NCBI GenBank assembly: GCA_001822835.1
Contig: MHSS01000008.1
Coordinates: forward strand, 9,039-73,038
Length of the DNA stretch: 64,000 nucleotides
Direction: 5' to 3'
Source of the DNA: Candidatus Terrybacteria bacterium RIFCSPHIGHO2_01_FULL_48_17
GTDB taxonomy: Bacteria; Patescibacteriota; Minisyncoccia; Terrybacterales; 2-01-FULL-58-14
Both the position numbers and the translations under genes were made by a program. Below, one piece after another: positions 35,737 to 46,149 of the stretch (within the stretch, counting starts at the first letter, position 1; each line of letters starts with the position of its first letter). Below the pieces are notes generated by a model that saw only the letters and a list, made by a program, of their open reading frames with translations, was not told where the DNA came from and made no database searches.

Positions 35737-37310
35737 TTCCTCATCTTACCCAACCACAAAAAATATTCATCCCGCCTCCAATTCTCCCCGGCAAAATACG
35801 AGTACGAATCGCGCCGTCTCCAACTGGCGCTCTGCATTTGGGTACGGCACGTTCCGCCTTATTTAATTATCTTTTTGCAAAAAAATATCAAGGAGTATTT
35901 ATACTCCGAATTGAAGATACCGATGTCGAGCGATCTGATCCAAAATTTGAAAAAGATATTGTCGAAGGTCTTCAATGGTTGGGTTTAGGATGGGATGAAG
36001 GAGTCCGGATAGGAGGAGAATACGCCCCGTATCGACAATCGGAACGTATTTATATTTATACCAAATATCTTGATCGGCTTTTGAAAGAAGAAAAGGCATA
36101 TTGGTGTTTTTGTACACCAAATGAGCTCGCAAAGGAACGTCTCAAACAAAAAAAGGCGGGCCTTGCGATTCGATATTCTAGAAAATGTGCAGTACTTTCT
36201 TCGGCCGAGATTAAAAAACATCGATCCGAAGGCAAATCCAGTATCCTGCGTCTTCGCATTCCTGACAAAGAAACTACTTTTTACGATCTTATTCGTGGAC
36301 CAATTACATTTCATACAAACCTTTTGGGCGATATCGCCATCGCCAAGAATATCTCAACGCCACTTTATAATTTTGCAGCAGTCATTGATGATTATGAAAT
36401 GGCAATCACGCATATTCTGCGCGGGGAAGATCATATCGCTAACACCCCAAAACAAATTGCTATTGCAGAAGCTCTGGAGATACAAAGCCCGCAATTTGGT
36501 CATTTCCCTCTCATTTTGGGAAAGGATCGAACGAAACTTTCAAAACGACATGGTGCTGCTTCTGTTCAGGATTTACGGAATCTAGGATATCTCCCTGAAG
36601 CAGTTATTAATTTTCTTGCCTTGTTAGGCTGGAACCCAAAGGATAATCGAGAGATTTTTTCACTTGATGAGCTTATTGAGGCGTTTTCTCTTGAGGGCAT
36701 ACAACACGGGGGAGCGATTTGGGGTCAAGAAAAATTAGACTGGTTTAATACACAATTCATGCGACATTCTGAAAAACGATGGCTTAATGATCGCAAATCC
36801 CTTCCTAATGAGCTTATTGAGTATATGACGTCTCTGGTAAAAAAAGCTGTGGTTAAAGAAGATCCGACATTTATACGAAAGCGTTGTTCCGATATTGTAT
36901 ATTTGGTGCTAGAACGGCTTCCTCTTTCAAATCTTGAAAAGGACTTTATGTCAGAATTTGGTTTCTTTTTCGGCTTACCACAAATAAAATCAGAATTGCT
37001 ATTTTGGAAAAATATGAATGTTGCAGATATTCGCCAAGCTTTAAAAGATATATTTATTATATTAGAAAAGATTCCGGCGGAAGAGTGGGAAATAAAAATA
37101 ATTCGCAAAATGATTTTTCATCATGCAGAAAAAACAAATGATCGAGGAAGGATATTGTGGCCACTTAGAATAGCCCTCTCCGGCCAACAAAAATCTCCTG
37201 GTCCTCATGAAATTGCTTCCATTTTAGGAAAAGAGGAAACACTGACACGGATTAAAAAAGCAATAACTGTTTTAAAAGAAAATGGCAAGAATGAAAAACC
37301 TATGAGATAA
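35733..37310 (+). CDS. gltX: Glutamate--tRNA ligase
   Basis: RIAPSPTG.LHLG (HIGH), RGEDH, KLSKR (KMSKS). Confidence 0.95.
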   Translation: MIPHLTQPQKIFIPPPILPGKIRVRIAPSPTGALHLGTARSALFNYLFAKKYQGVFILRIEDTDVERSDPKFEKDIVEGLQWLGLGWDEGVRIGGEYAPYRQSERIYIYTKYLDRLLKEEKAYWCFCTPNELAKERLKQKKAGLAIRYSRKCAVLSSAEIKKHRSEGKSSILRLRIPDKETTFYDLIRGPITFHTNLLGDIAIAKNISTPLYNFAAVIDDYEMAITHILRGEDHIANTPKQIAIAEALEIQSPQFGHFPLILGKDRTKLSKRHGAASVQDLRNLGYLPEAVINFLALLGWNPKDNREIFSLDELIEAFSLEGIQHGGAIWGQEKLDWFNTQFMRHSEKRWLNDRKSLPNELIEYMTSLVKKAVVKEDPTFIRKRCSDIVYLVLERLPLSNLEKDFMSEFGFFFGLPQIKSELLFWKNMNVADIRQALKDIFIILEKIPAEEWEIKIIRKMIFHHAEKTNDRGRILWPLRIALSGQQKSPGPHEIASILGKEETLTRIKKAITVLKENGKNEKPMR

Positions 37311-37319
37311 TATATATAT

Positions 37320-38573
37320 ATGAACAAAGCGCAACGGACTATATTTCAAGTTGCTTCTTTCATGATTGCGTTTGCTTTTCTAGGAAGTGTTATTGATTAT
37401 GTGGGAGCAGCCCCCGATATTGAGGACTTAAAAATAGAAATCAATAAACGTTCCGAAAAAATTCAAGAATTGGAAGCACAAATTCGTGAAACAAAAAACA
37501 CGATAGGGGACTTACAAAAATCAGAGCGAACGCTTGCCAATGAAATTGCCCGACTCGATGCGCAAATTAAAGCACTATATTTGGATATCGCCCTTACCGA
37601 AGAACAAATCGGATCATTAAATCTTGAGCTTGAAAGAATTTCTCTTGAAATCAAACAGCTTGAAGACAAATTATATGAAACAAAAAAACAAACGGCTGGA
37701 ATACTTCGAAGTCTTCAAGAAACAGCCGAATATGCTTCTCCGGTCACGCTTGTCTTCTCATCTGAAAGTTTTTCGGAGGTTTTTGATAATCTTACTGCCG
37801 GAGAACGTCTAGAGGCCGAACTGATACTGATTATCCGCGACTTAAAGACAACAAAGCAAACGCTTGAGGAAAAACGGATAATGACGGAAAAAAAGAAGCA
37901 GGAACTTGAAACGTTCCGAGAAACTCTGGCGGTACAAAATAGCATTCTTATATCAGAACAAGACGACAGAGAAGATCTTCTGTATACTACAAACCGCCAA
38001 GAAAATCAATTCCGGCAAACATTAAAAACTTTAGAAGTCCAACAACAAACAATTGAAAAAGAGATTATTCAATTTGATGCGCAGTTACGTCGTTTAGTTA
38101 ATCCATCTGCACTTCCGTCTAAAGGAGCGCTTTCGTGGCCAACCGATGTGGTTCGCATCACGCAATATTATGGCTCCACGGCTTCAACTGGTTTTATTAA
38201 TGATCAGTATCTTTTTCATAACGGAATTGATATAGCGCCTCCTTCAGGTATCGGAACCCCAATTAAAGCCGCAGCTTCAGGAACAATAATCGGAATGGGA
38301 AATCTCGGACGTTTGGCATATGGAAAATGGATTGCCGTGGATCATCGCAATGGCCTTATAACATTATATGCCCATCTCTCAAAGCAAGCGGCGCAGCTTG
38401 GCCAATCTGTGCAAAATGGGGATGTTATTGGATATGAAGGATCAACGGGTTTTTCTACAGGACCCCACCTTCATTTCACGGTTTATGCTTCAGAAACATT
38501 TCGCATAGAAGAACGCTCCTATGGTCTTTTGCCAGTAGGGGCTTCTCTTAATCCAATGGACTTTCTAGAATAA
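37320..38573 (+). CDS. Coiled-coil M23 family peptidase
   Basis: Signal, coiled coil, HNGID, YAHL, STGPHLHF. Confidence 0.9.
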   Translation: MNKAQRTIFQVASFMIAFAFLGSVIDYVGAAPDIEDLKIEINKRSEKIQELEAQIRETKNTIGDLQKSERTLANEIARLDAQIKALYLDIALTEEQIGSLNLELERISLEIKQLEDKLYETKKQTAGILRSLQETAEYASPVTLVFSSESFSEVFDNLTAGERLEAELILIIRDLKTTKQTLEEKRIMTEKKKQELETFRETLAVQNSILISEQDDREDLLYTTNRQENQFRQTLKTLEVQQQTIEKEIIQFDAQLRRLVNPSALPSKGALSWPTDVVRITQYYGSTASTGFINDQYLFHNGIDIAPPSGIGTPIKAAASGTIIGMGNLGRLAYGKWIAVDHRNGLITLYAHLSKQAAQLGQSVQNGDVIGYEGSTGFSTGPHLHFTVYASETFRIEERSYGLLPVGASLNPMDFLE

Positions 38574-38590
38574 TATAACAGATTGATTTT

Positions 38591-38929
38591 ATGATTCGAG
38601 TAATATTACTTATCTTTTTATCAATAATCTATCTATTATCGATACCCCTTCCTGGACTAGCCGATTTCCACGATGTGGCCACGCCGCAAACACCTCAGAA
38701 TCTTGAGGAAGGAGGAGAACAGGTCTTTGGGGCAATTGATATTATAAAAAAAATATGGTATTTTGTTGCTTCTATAGTTGTTATTATTCTCGAGGCAGCA
38801 AATAGGGTAATGGAAGCGTTCCAAAATGCTTTTGGACAAGGAATAATATCGCAAGATCCACAAGGGTTTATTCCCGAACGTATTAATGATACTATCGATA
38901 AGAGGTTGCCGCAGTCGCCGCAGGAATAA
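38591..38929 (+). CDS. Hypothetical membrane protein
   Basis: Signal plus one TM, 112 aa. Confidence 0.55.
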   Translation: MIRVILLIFLSIIYLLSIPLPGLADFHDVATPQTPQNLEEGGEQVFGAIDIIKKIWYFVASIVVIILEAANRVMEAFQNAFGQGIISQDPQGFIPERINDTIDKRLPQSPQE

Positions 38930-39030
38930 TACGACGCAAAAGATATATTGTACGACTAATCATATCGCCTCCCCTTTACCAATAAGCCACACACAAACCA
39001 CCGACAAAGGTGCTATCAATATTAAAGAAA

Positions 39031-39408
39031 TCACTTTTTATCCAATCCAGGACAATTCCCTGCCGGTTCGTACCCGGCTCGTTCCGCCTCTACTTCACTT
39101 GAAAAGAATATTTTGTTGTCTTCTTTTATCTGTTGAGCTCCTGGGCAGTTTAAAAGATGGTATTTTGACCCTTGTTGCGAGGCAACGATCTGGTAGATGG
39201 ACGGCGCGTCTTCTGATGTATCTGAGGTTTCAGATTTCGTCTCGATAGAAATAGCTTCTGGAGGAATGTTTTGTAAAACACTCAATCTACCAAGGCCAAA
39301 AGATATCAACACTAACACAACGACTCCTCCACCAATCAAAAAATCTTGTCGATGTTCATTCCCCCCTTCTGCTGCCTTCTTGATATTTTCCCAAAATTCC
39401 TGTATCAT
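39031..39408 (-). CDS. Membrane-anchored protein with Ada-like metal-binding domain
   Basis: LISFGLGRLS TM; AS..GSKYH..NC.GA..IK..NKIFF.S..EA..AGY.P..NC. Confidence 0.75.
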   Translation of the reverse strand: MIQEFWENIKKAAEGGNEHRQDFLIGGGVVVLVLISFGLGRLSVLQNIPPEAISIETKSETSDTSEDAPSIYQIVASQQGSKYHLLNCPGAQQIKEDNKIFFSSEVEAERAGYEPAGNCPGLDKK

Positions 39409-39463
39409 AACAACATATCATTTTATACCGCATACTAATATTTTGCAATAACTCATATATAAT

Positions 39464-39769
39464 ATGGCAAAAACAAAAGCGACAGGATCAACACAATTAG
39501 GAAGAGATTCGATTTCAAAACGACTTGGAATAAAATTATTTGCGGGTCAACATGCCCGTCCTGGGATGATTTTGGTGCGTCAACGGGGAACGCGGTTTTT
39601 ACCTGGAATAAATGTAAAACGCGGAGGAGATGATACGCTCTACGCATTAAGTGAAGGAATGGTACAATTTCGTACCATTACGAAACGAAGGTTTGATGGT
39701 AATACCAGAAAAATAAAACGTGTTGATATATTATCACAAACTAGTGAGCAAAAGCCGAAAAAGAAATAA
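39464..39769 (+). CDS. rpmA: 50S ribosomal protein L27
   Basis: [30 protein letters not shown]. Confidence 0.95.
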   Translation: MAKTKATGSTQLGRDSISKRLGIKLFAGQHARPGMILVRQRGTRFLPGINVKRGGDDTLYALSEGMVQFRTITKRRFDGNTRKIKRVDILSQTSEQKPKKK

Positions 39770-39794
39770 TTTCATTTGTATTCAGATATTATTA

Positions 39795-39823
39795 AAAGAC
39801 CTTCTTTAAACAGAAGGTTTTTT
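39795..39823. terminator. Bidirectional terminator between rpmA and pyrG
   Basis: AAGACCTTCT-ttaaac-AGAAGGTTTT with flanking A/T tracts. Confidence 0.55.
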
Positions 39824-41464
39824 ATGAGCGGCTTCAATAAAAGCCAAAAAGAGAGGATGTGGATTTAAAGGACGGGAGCGAAGCTCTGGATGAAATTGGG
39901 TTCCGATAAAAAATGGGTGGTTTTTAAGTTCAATGATTTCAACAAGCTGCTTATCAGGATTGATACCAGAACATATAAGTCCTAACCGTTCGAGTTTCGA
40001 TTTAAATTCATTATTAAATTCGTAACGATGTCGATGGCGTTCATTCGCGATTACTGCGATGTTGGTTCGTTTTTTTCGGCTATACGCATGCTGAGCGAGG
40101 GTATGCGGAATAACTTTACAAGTATAATTTCCCAAGCGCATCGAACCGCCCAATATTTTCTCGTGTATTTTAGTAACTTGTTCCGGCATAATATCAATTA
40201 CAGGAAATTTTGTTTGCGGATTGATTTCAGTTGTATGAGCTTGTCGCATATTTGCGACGTTGCGAGCAAACTCTACTACGGCTAATTGCATACCAAAGCA
40301 AAGCCCAAGAAAAGGAATGTATTTTGTCCTTAAATAATGGATCGCGCCAATTTTTCCTTCCGTTCCTCGTGCGCCAAAACCACCGGGAACAATAATTCCA
40401 TCGAATTGTTTTAATTCTTTGATTTTTTGCGGAAATTGTTCATATGCTTCAGAATCCAACCATTGGATTTTTGGTGTTAATCCCCTCTCCCATGCCGCAT
40501 GTTTTATTGCTTCAATCACGGATATATAAACATCTTCGAGCACAAAAGCACCGCTGGCAAAATACTTGCCAAGAATCCCGATAGAAACTGTTTTTGTGCT
40601 CTTTTGGGAACGATGGATAAATTGCATCCAGGGCTTTTCGTAAACAGCTTTTGGCTTACGGATGGGAATGCGCATCTTCTTACATAATCTTTTCGCAAAT
40701 TCTTCTCGTTCAAATTGCAGAGGAACCTCATAGACCGAAGAAAGATTCGGCGCCGATATTACGTTTTCCTCAGCCACATTACAAAATATTGCAAGTTTCC
40801 TCTTCCGAGGCACATCTATGGGTTGGGCAGCCCTCCCGACAATAAAATCGGGCTGAAGGCCAGCTGCTTGAAGGGCATGAACTGCCTGCTGAGTTGGTTT
40901 TGTTTTCATTTCACGCAAAGCATGCGGGATAGGAAGATAGGAAACCAATACAACGGCGACATCTTGCGGGGATTCGTGCCGCATAAATCGAGCCGCCTCC
41001 AAATAAAGGATATTCTGATATTCCCCTGCCGTTCCTCCGATTTCTACTAAAAGAATATCTGCACGCGCTTGACGTGCAGCCAACTTGAGGCGTCGAATAA
41101 CTTCATTGGGAATATCTGGTACAACTTCAACGCATCGACCATTATACTCCAGGCCTCGTTCTTTACGTATAACTTCCTGAAAAATTTGCCCAGTGGTGAT
41201 AGAATTAATACCCGGAAGATCCACTCCTAAAAACCGTTCATACGTTCCAATATCCTGATCGCATTCCATTCCGTCTGAAGTGACGAATACCTCCCCATGC
41301 TCTACTGGATTCATTGTGCCAGCATCCACATTAACATAGGGATCGATTTTAACGGCAGAAACAGCATATCCGCGATTATATAAAATGCGTGCCAAAGAAG
41401 CGGCCGTCACGCCTTTCCCGATACCAGACATAACGCCGCCCACAATAAATATAAATCTGGTCAT
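39806..41464 (-). CDS. pyrG: CTP synthase
   Basis: GGVMSGIGKG, KIDPYVNVDAGTMNP.EHGEVFV, GLCFGMQ, RHRHRYE, QFHPE. Confidence 0.96.
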   Translation of the reverse strand: MTRFIFIVGGVMSGIGKGVTAASLARILYNRGYAVSAVKIDPYVNVDAGTMNPVEHGEVFVTSDGMECDQDIGTYERFLGVDLPGINSITTGQIFQEVIRKERGLEYNGRCVEVVPDIPNEVIRRLKLAARQARADILLVEIGGTAGEYQNILYLEAARFMRHESPQDVAVVLVSYLPIPHALREMKTKPTQQAVHALQAAGLQPDFIVGRAAQPIDVPRKRKLAIFCNVAEENVISAPNLSSVYEVPLQFEREEFAKRLCKKMRIPIRKPKAVYEKPWMQFIHRSQKSTKTVSIGILGKYFASGAFVLEDVYISVIEAIKHAAWERGLTPKIQWLDSEAYEQFPQKIKELKQFDGIIVPGGFGARGTEGKIGAIHYLRTKYIPFLGLCFGMQLAVVEFARNVANMRQAHTTEINPQTKFPVIDIMPEQVTKIHEKILGGSMRLGNYTCKVIPHTLAQHAYSRKKRTNIAVIANERHRHRYEFNNEFKSKLERLGLICSGINPDKQLVEIIELKNHPFFIGTQFHPELRSRPLNPHPLFLAFIEAAHKKPSV

Positions 41465-41925
41465 GGTTCTTGTGGGTGATCAACTATCTCTTCAATAATA
41501 AGTTTAATTTGCACTTCAAGCCCGTGAGGAAATAACACATTCAACGGATATTCCCCTGCTGATTTTATTGAATCAAATTGTAATTGTTTTGTTTCAATTG
41601 GATATCCTTGTTGCTTCAATACTTCGCTCACATTCCTCGTGGTTATGGCGGCAAATAAATTCCCTCCGGGTTCAGCAACGCGTGCCGGGATCACAATCTC
41701 AAGTCCATCGATCTTAGAGGCAAGTTCTTGGGTTTGTTTTAATTCACGTTCCGCTTCCTTTGTTTCCTGCGTTTTCTTGTGAGCAAGTTCGTCCAATACA
41801 TGAGATGTTGCGGGTTTTGCCATGCCGCGGGGAATCAGAAAATTGCGCCCGAAACCATCGGCCACTTCAACAATCATATTTTTTTTCCCTATATTTTTCA
41901 CGTCCTGAAGAAGGATAACGAGCAT
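41461..41925 (-). CDS. rplI: 50S ribosomal protein L9
   Basis: VILLQDV..IG....IVEVADGFGRNFLIPRG.A. Confidence 0.95.
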   Translation of the reverse strand: MLVILLQDVKNIGKKNMIVEVADGFGRNFLIPRGMAKPATSHVLDELAHKKTQETKEAERELKQTQELASKIDGLEIVIPARVAEPGGNLFAAITTRNVSEVLKQQGYPIETKQLQFDSIKSAGEYPLNVLFPHGLEVQIKLIIEEIVDHPQEP

Positions 41926-41933
41926 AAACAAAA

Positions 41934-42209
41934 CTAACGAATGCTAAATTCATTTATATTACCGCGTACTTTTTCCCAGTGGAAAGAAACATGGGAAACG
42001 CGAGCAAACGAAGAACCCTTATGACACCACCCTAAGAATTGATGTAAAGAATCTTTATTACCTTCAGCCATAATTTTTACTTTACCATCCGGAAGATTTT
42101 CTGCATATCCTACGATTCCAAGCTCTTCCGCTTTCTGTTTTGCAGAAATACGAAAAAATACGCCCTGTACAATCCCATCAATAACGATAGAAAGCCGCCC
42201 CTGATCCAT
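41934..42209 (-). CDS. acyP: Acylphosphatase
   Basis: GIVQGVFFR, GYAENLPDGKV. Confidence 0.92.
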   Translation of the reverse strand: MDQGRLSIVIDGIVQGVFFRISAKQKAEELGIVGYAENLPDGKVKIMAEGNKDSLHQFLGWCHKGSSFARVSHVSFHWEKVRGNINEFSIR

Positions 42210-42213
42210 GCCT

Positions 42214-43401
42214 TTAAGGCAAAAGGGATTTCGCCACATCAAGTTGCGGATCAAGCCCCGCTTCCCGCTCTTCCGGTTTTATTTCAACAAGAATATCTGG
42301 ATTCAAACCTGCCTCCGCTAATGAATTTCCTGCGGGGGTACGCCACTCCCCTACTGTAATTTTTAATACGGCACCACTTTGTTTTAAGCGTATTAGTTCC
42401 TGAATTGATCCTTTGCCAAATGTTTCTGATCCAACAAGCTTTATATCACGCTCGTCTCGTAACGCACCGGCAAGAATTTCTGCTGCAGATGCGGTTCCTT
42501 CGTTCATCAAAACAACAGTCGGAAAATCGGCAAGAAGGCCTGGTCCTGATGAACGATGGATTATATCAGCTTCCCCACGCTTTCGTTCGATAACAACCAC
42601 AGAATCTTCTGGAAGAAGAAATCCCGCAACCTTAACGGCTTGATCCAGAAAACCGCCTGGATTATTTCGTAAATCAAGAATCAATCCCCTGGCATTTGCT
42701 TTAGTAATTTGTGCAGCTGCGGCTTGAAATGCAACAGCGGCTTCTGAGCTAAAACTATGAAACTGAACGGTCGCGATACCATCCTCAATTTTTAAATCCA
42801 ATGGAGGCACTACAATTTGCGCACGCGTGATAGAAATTTCTTTGGCTGCTTCCTGATTCCTCGAAATACGAAGGGTAACGATTGTTCCCGCAGGGCCCCG
42901 AATCTTGGCCACCGCCTCCTCCAGCGTTATGTCTTCGGTCGACGTATCATCAATCGCAAGGATTATATCCCTCGCTTCAAGCCCCGCCTCTTTCGCGGGA
43001 GTGCCTTCCAGAGGAGCAATTATAGCAAGCAAACCATCTCTGAAACCGATTTCCGCACCAATACCCTCAAAATGACCGCTGGTATCCTCCAAAAAACGTT
43101 TTGCTTCATCAGGATCAAAAAAGGTGGTATAGTCATCCGTTGATTCGCGCACCAAACCCCTTATTGCTCCCCATAAGAGATTCTGCTCTGAAAGATTTTC
43201 GGGATGGATATAATTATCTTTGAGAATTTGAATTGTTTCCGCTAGCAAAGAAATATCGATATTGGAATCTTCCGGATTTGCTTTCCAGGAAGATAATGAA
43301 AAGATTTTATCTCCCCATACACGCGCAATAACAGCTCCAAAAACAAACCCGGTAATAAGAAATCCGCACAGAATAAAAATGAAAATAATCTTATTTTGCA
43401 T
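42214..43401 (-). CDS. S41 family carboxyl-terminal protease with PDZ domain
   Basis: FEGIGAEI, LDLRNNPGG, TASAAEILAG, TFGKGSIQ. Confidence 0.92.
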   Translation of the reverse strand: MQNKIIFIFILCGFLITGFVFGAVIARVWGDKIFSLSSWKANPEDSNIDISLLAETIQILKDNYIHPENLSEQNLLWGAIRGLVRESTDDYTTFFDPDEAKRFLEDTSGHFEGIGAEIGFRDGLLAIIAPLEGTPAKEAGLEARDIILAIDDTSTEDITLEEAVAKIRGPAGTIVTLRISRNQEAAKEISITRAQIVVPPLDLKIEDGIATVQFHSFSSEAAVAFQAAAAQITKANARGLILDLRNNPGGFLDQAVKVAGFLLPEDSVVVIERKRGEADIIHRSSGPGLLADFPTVVLMNEGTASAAEILAGALRDERDIKLVGSETFGKGSIQELIRLKQSGAVLKITVGEWRTPAGNSLAEAGLNPDILVEIKPEEREAGLDPQLDVAKSLLP

Positions 43402-43415
43402 GATAAAGAAAATGA

Positions 43416-44459
43416 CTATTGAGAAGTTTTAAAGATGTTTCGTATGTCCTCTTGAATTTTTGAAAAATCATCATCTTTTGGAAGCAATATATAGGATCCA
43501 TTCATGCTAGAAGAGTAAAGATATTCGCTTGTGGTATCTAATACAAGTCGGCGCGGCATCGCTTCACTAATAGTACGGCTGGTCTTAACCACATTCACGA
43601 TATCTTCGGCCGATGCATCAACGCGAACATGTTTTCCAAGAAGATCCAGAATAGATAATATTTTTGTTGGATTTGTGATAATACCAAGATTTTTTGCTTT
43701 GTTTCGCATAGCAACAAGCACCTCCTGCTGGCGGCGTGCCCGATCAAAATCGGATGTGGTAAAACGTGAACGAACATAATATAATGCAGTTTCGCCATCC
43801 ATTCTTTGCAGACCCTGCGGAACATAAAAATCGATACCACCCCATTGCTGGTTCTCCTGCAATGGTTTGGCAACGTCAACCTCAATCCCTCCAAGCACGT
43901 CATCAATAAAATCCTTAAATGCTTGAAAATCGACACTCACCGCATAATCGATATTAACCCCCACAACCTTTTCAACCGACCGCTTGGCAAGAAAGAGGCC
44001 CCCGCCCCGTGGCTGCATTCGTTCCCCTATCTGATAGGCCTCATTAATTTTCGCTTCTTGTCCGACAATCGGAATTTCGATCCAAATGTCGCGCGGAATA
44101 GAAATAAGCGCGACATCTCCCGTATCTGTTTTTATAGATACCAAGAGCAACATATCAGTAAGAAGACCGCCGTGCGGATCGCCTTCACCCCGAATCCCAA
44201 GCAAGAGGACATCAAACCGATTTTGTTCTGCGGGATCCGCTAAAGGAAGCTGTGATGGAGTTATCCCTAAAAAAGACCCGATCCGTTCAGAAACAACACT
44301 AAAAGTTACCCCCACCTTAAAAACCAAAATGCCAGCAATAATAAGGCAAAGCGCCCCCATGATGGCAATTGTTTTTGGGAGGATATGCCGTTTTTTAAGA
44401 GGCAAAATATGCCCTTGTCCTTGATTACTGCTATGAGATACGGGGGGCTTGATATCCAT
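43416..44459 (-). CDS. LytR-CpsA-Psr (LCP) family protein
   Basis: LLLG, LTD, ISIPRD, KINEAY, YVRSR...SDFDRARRQQ. Confidence 0.92.
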   Translation of the reverse strand: MDIKPPVSHSSNQGQGHILPLKKRHILPKTIAIMGALCLIIAGILVFKVGVTFSVVSERIGSFLGITPSQLPLADPAEQNRFDVLLLGIRGEGDPHGGLLTDMLLLVSIKTDTGDVALISIPRDIWIEIPIVGQEAKINEAYQIGERMQPRGGGLFLAKRSVEKVVGVNIDYAVSVDFQAFKDFIDDVLGGIEVDVAKPLQENQQWGGIDFYVPQGLQRMDGETALYYVRSRFTTSDFDRARRQQEVLVAMRNKAKNLGIITNPTKILSILDLLGKHVRVDASAEDIVNVVKTSRTISEAMPRRLVLDTTSEYLYSSSMNGSYILLPKDDDFSKIQEDIRNIFKTSQ

Positions 44460-46149
44460 GTGTTGGGAAACGATAAGTCGCGAGAATGGCAACAAAAACA
44501 ATAAACACAATAAATACTCTATCATTTAATAGCACAACGTCAACGAGATTATAAATTGCTACCCATGCGACTAGAAAGGCGGGCAAAAATAGCCCTTTTT
44601 GCAAAGCATACACAAAAAGGTCTAAAAAAAACGCTAACGCAAGAAGTCCGGCAAAAAAACCGGCCTCTGTGGCGATATCAAGATAAAGATTGTGTGCAGA
44701 AGCACCTCGCCGTGATGCATCAACGGGTTGATTTAAAACAACCCCGTAATTGCCGAAGCCGACCCCCAAAAGAGGATTTTGCTTGATCGATTCCAAAGAA
44801 GCAAGCCAGATTTGAATGCGACTACGATTAGAAACCTCACTTATGTCGAAAATAGTTCGTGCGCGCTCAAAAGCCACTGCCTCGTCTTGCGTCAGAACGC
44901 CAGCACCCCGTGTATTAGATATCAAAAAAGAGGCGAGAGGAAACATCAAAAAGAAAAGGAGCCACAAAGATGCGGCTGTTATAAAAACGGCTTCTGCGCG
45001 TGGAGGAATATGAACGGCTTTTTGAATCAATGAAGTGATTTTGTGATGCGTCAGAATTTGAAAAAACAAAAATCCAGCACAAAGGAATAAAAAAAGGATT
45101 CCTACCCAAATAAAAAAATGTTCCGGGAGAGACAAGAATAACAAAAATCCTACGGGAGAAATAAAAAGAAGAAATGAAAAAAATACGATCATCCCAAGAA
45201 TTATACTTATTGGAGGATATTTTTTTAGAGGAAAACGGTTTCGTAAATCAACAACTCCTAAAAAGGTAACTATAGTAAAAGGAACTAAAGCTGCAATCCA
45301 GGTTCCACGGGATCCCGAAAGAAATATGCCCAACGAGGAAACTATGGCAAGAAGAAATGCTAATAAACGCGATATCCGCTGTTGAAAGCCTATCCACCAT
45401 ACTCCCACCAATATGAATATGGAAAAAAGCGCAAATGAATGTGAATCCGGGAATATCGAAAAAAGTCGTAGGGTTGGTGGAGCATCGGGGTAATACGAGA
45501 ACCATGTATTTGATTCGGAAAGTACTCGCCCAAGTTTCTCGCCGTAAAACAATGGGATAAAACCTCCGGACCATCCGTGCCAAAACTCAAAAAGCGAAGC
45601 AAACTGAACGATAATATACTGAATTAAAGCAACACCAAATACAATTATCACAGCCCCGAATAAACCCCGCAAAATTGCCTTAACATACGCAGCGCTCCTT
45701 TGAGCCAAAGATCGGATAACTGGGTACAAAAGAAGGATATTTACAATAAATAGAAGCTTTCTAAGCCCTGCCGTGGGATCTTCCGCGACCAACAGAGAAA
45801 GAACAACGGGGATTCCCAAGCTTATCGCAATCCACTCAAAACTTGTAAGTTTGGGTAATACCAATACCTTCGGACGATCCTTGATAAACCACGCGATAAA
45901 AAGCGTTAGTATCCATATGCGCCATGCCGCAAAACTTTCAAAACCCAAAAGGGGAAGTGCCGGAGCAATTGGAGCTGATGCGAGAAAAAGGACAAGTGCT
46001 TGTTCAAGCGGCAAAAAAAATAAAAGAAACGCAATACTACCTGCGAATATATATACCGCGCTATGCGGAAGGATTCCTGCAACAATCGCAAGAAGAATTA
46101 CCACTTCAAAAAACAACCACGTCCAGGGTGATCGAACAAAAGACATCAT
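44431..46149 (-). CDS. O-antigen ligase/polymerase family membrane protein
   Basis: Multiple TM, SGSRGTW, SNRSRIQIW, NPLLGVGFGNY, AHNLYLD. Confidence 0.85.
   Translation of the reverse strand: MMSFVRSPWTWLFFEVVILLAIVAGILPHSAVYIFAGSIAFLLFFLPLEQALVLFLASAPIAPALPLLGFESFAAWRIWILTLFIAWFIKDRPKVLVLPKLTSFEWIAISLGIPVVLSLLVAEDPTAGLRKLLFIVNILLLYPVIRSLAQRSAAYVKAILRGLFGAVIIVFGVALIQYIIVQFASLFEFWHGWSGGFIPLFYGEKLGRVLSESNTWFSYYPDAPPTLRLFSIFPDSHSFALFSIFILVGVWWIGFQQRISRLLAFLLAIVSSLGIFLSGSRGTWIAALVPFTIVTFLGVVDLRNRFPLKKYPPISIILGMIVFFSFLLFISPVGFLLFLSLPEHFFIWVGILFLFLCAGFLFFQILTHHKITSLIQKAVHIPPRAEAVFITAASLWLLFFLMFPLASFLISNTRGAGVLTQDEAVAFERARTIFDISEVSNRSRIQIWLASLESIKQNPLLGVGFGNYGVVLNQPVDASRRGASAHNLYLDIATEAGFFAGLLALAFFLDLFVYALQKGLFLPAFLVAWVAIYNLVDVVLLNDRVFIVFIVFVAILATYRFPTHGYQAPRIS

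Noticed and set aside
39425-39452. dif-like site near the switch from mostly + to mostly - genes
   Set aside because: Only the CGCATA core resembles a XerC arm and the XerD arm (TTATGTTAAAT) is absent. It more likely belongs to the divergent promoter region.
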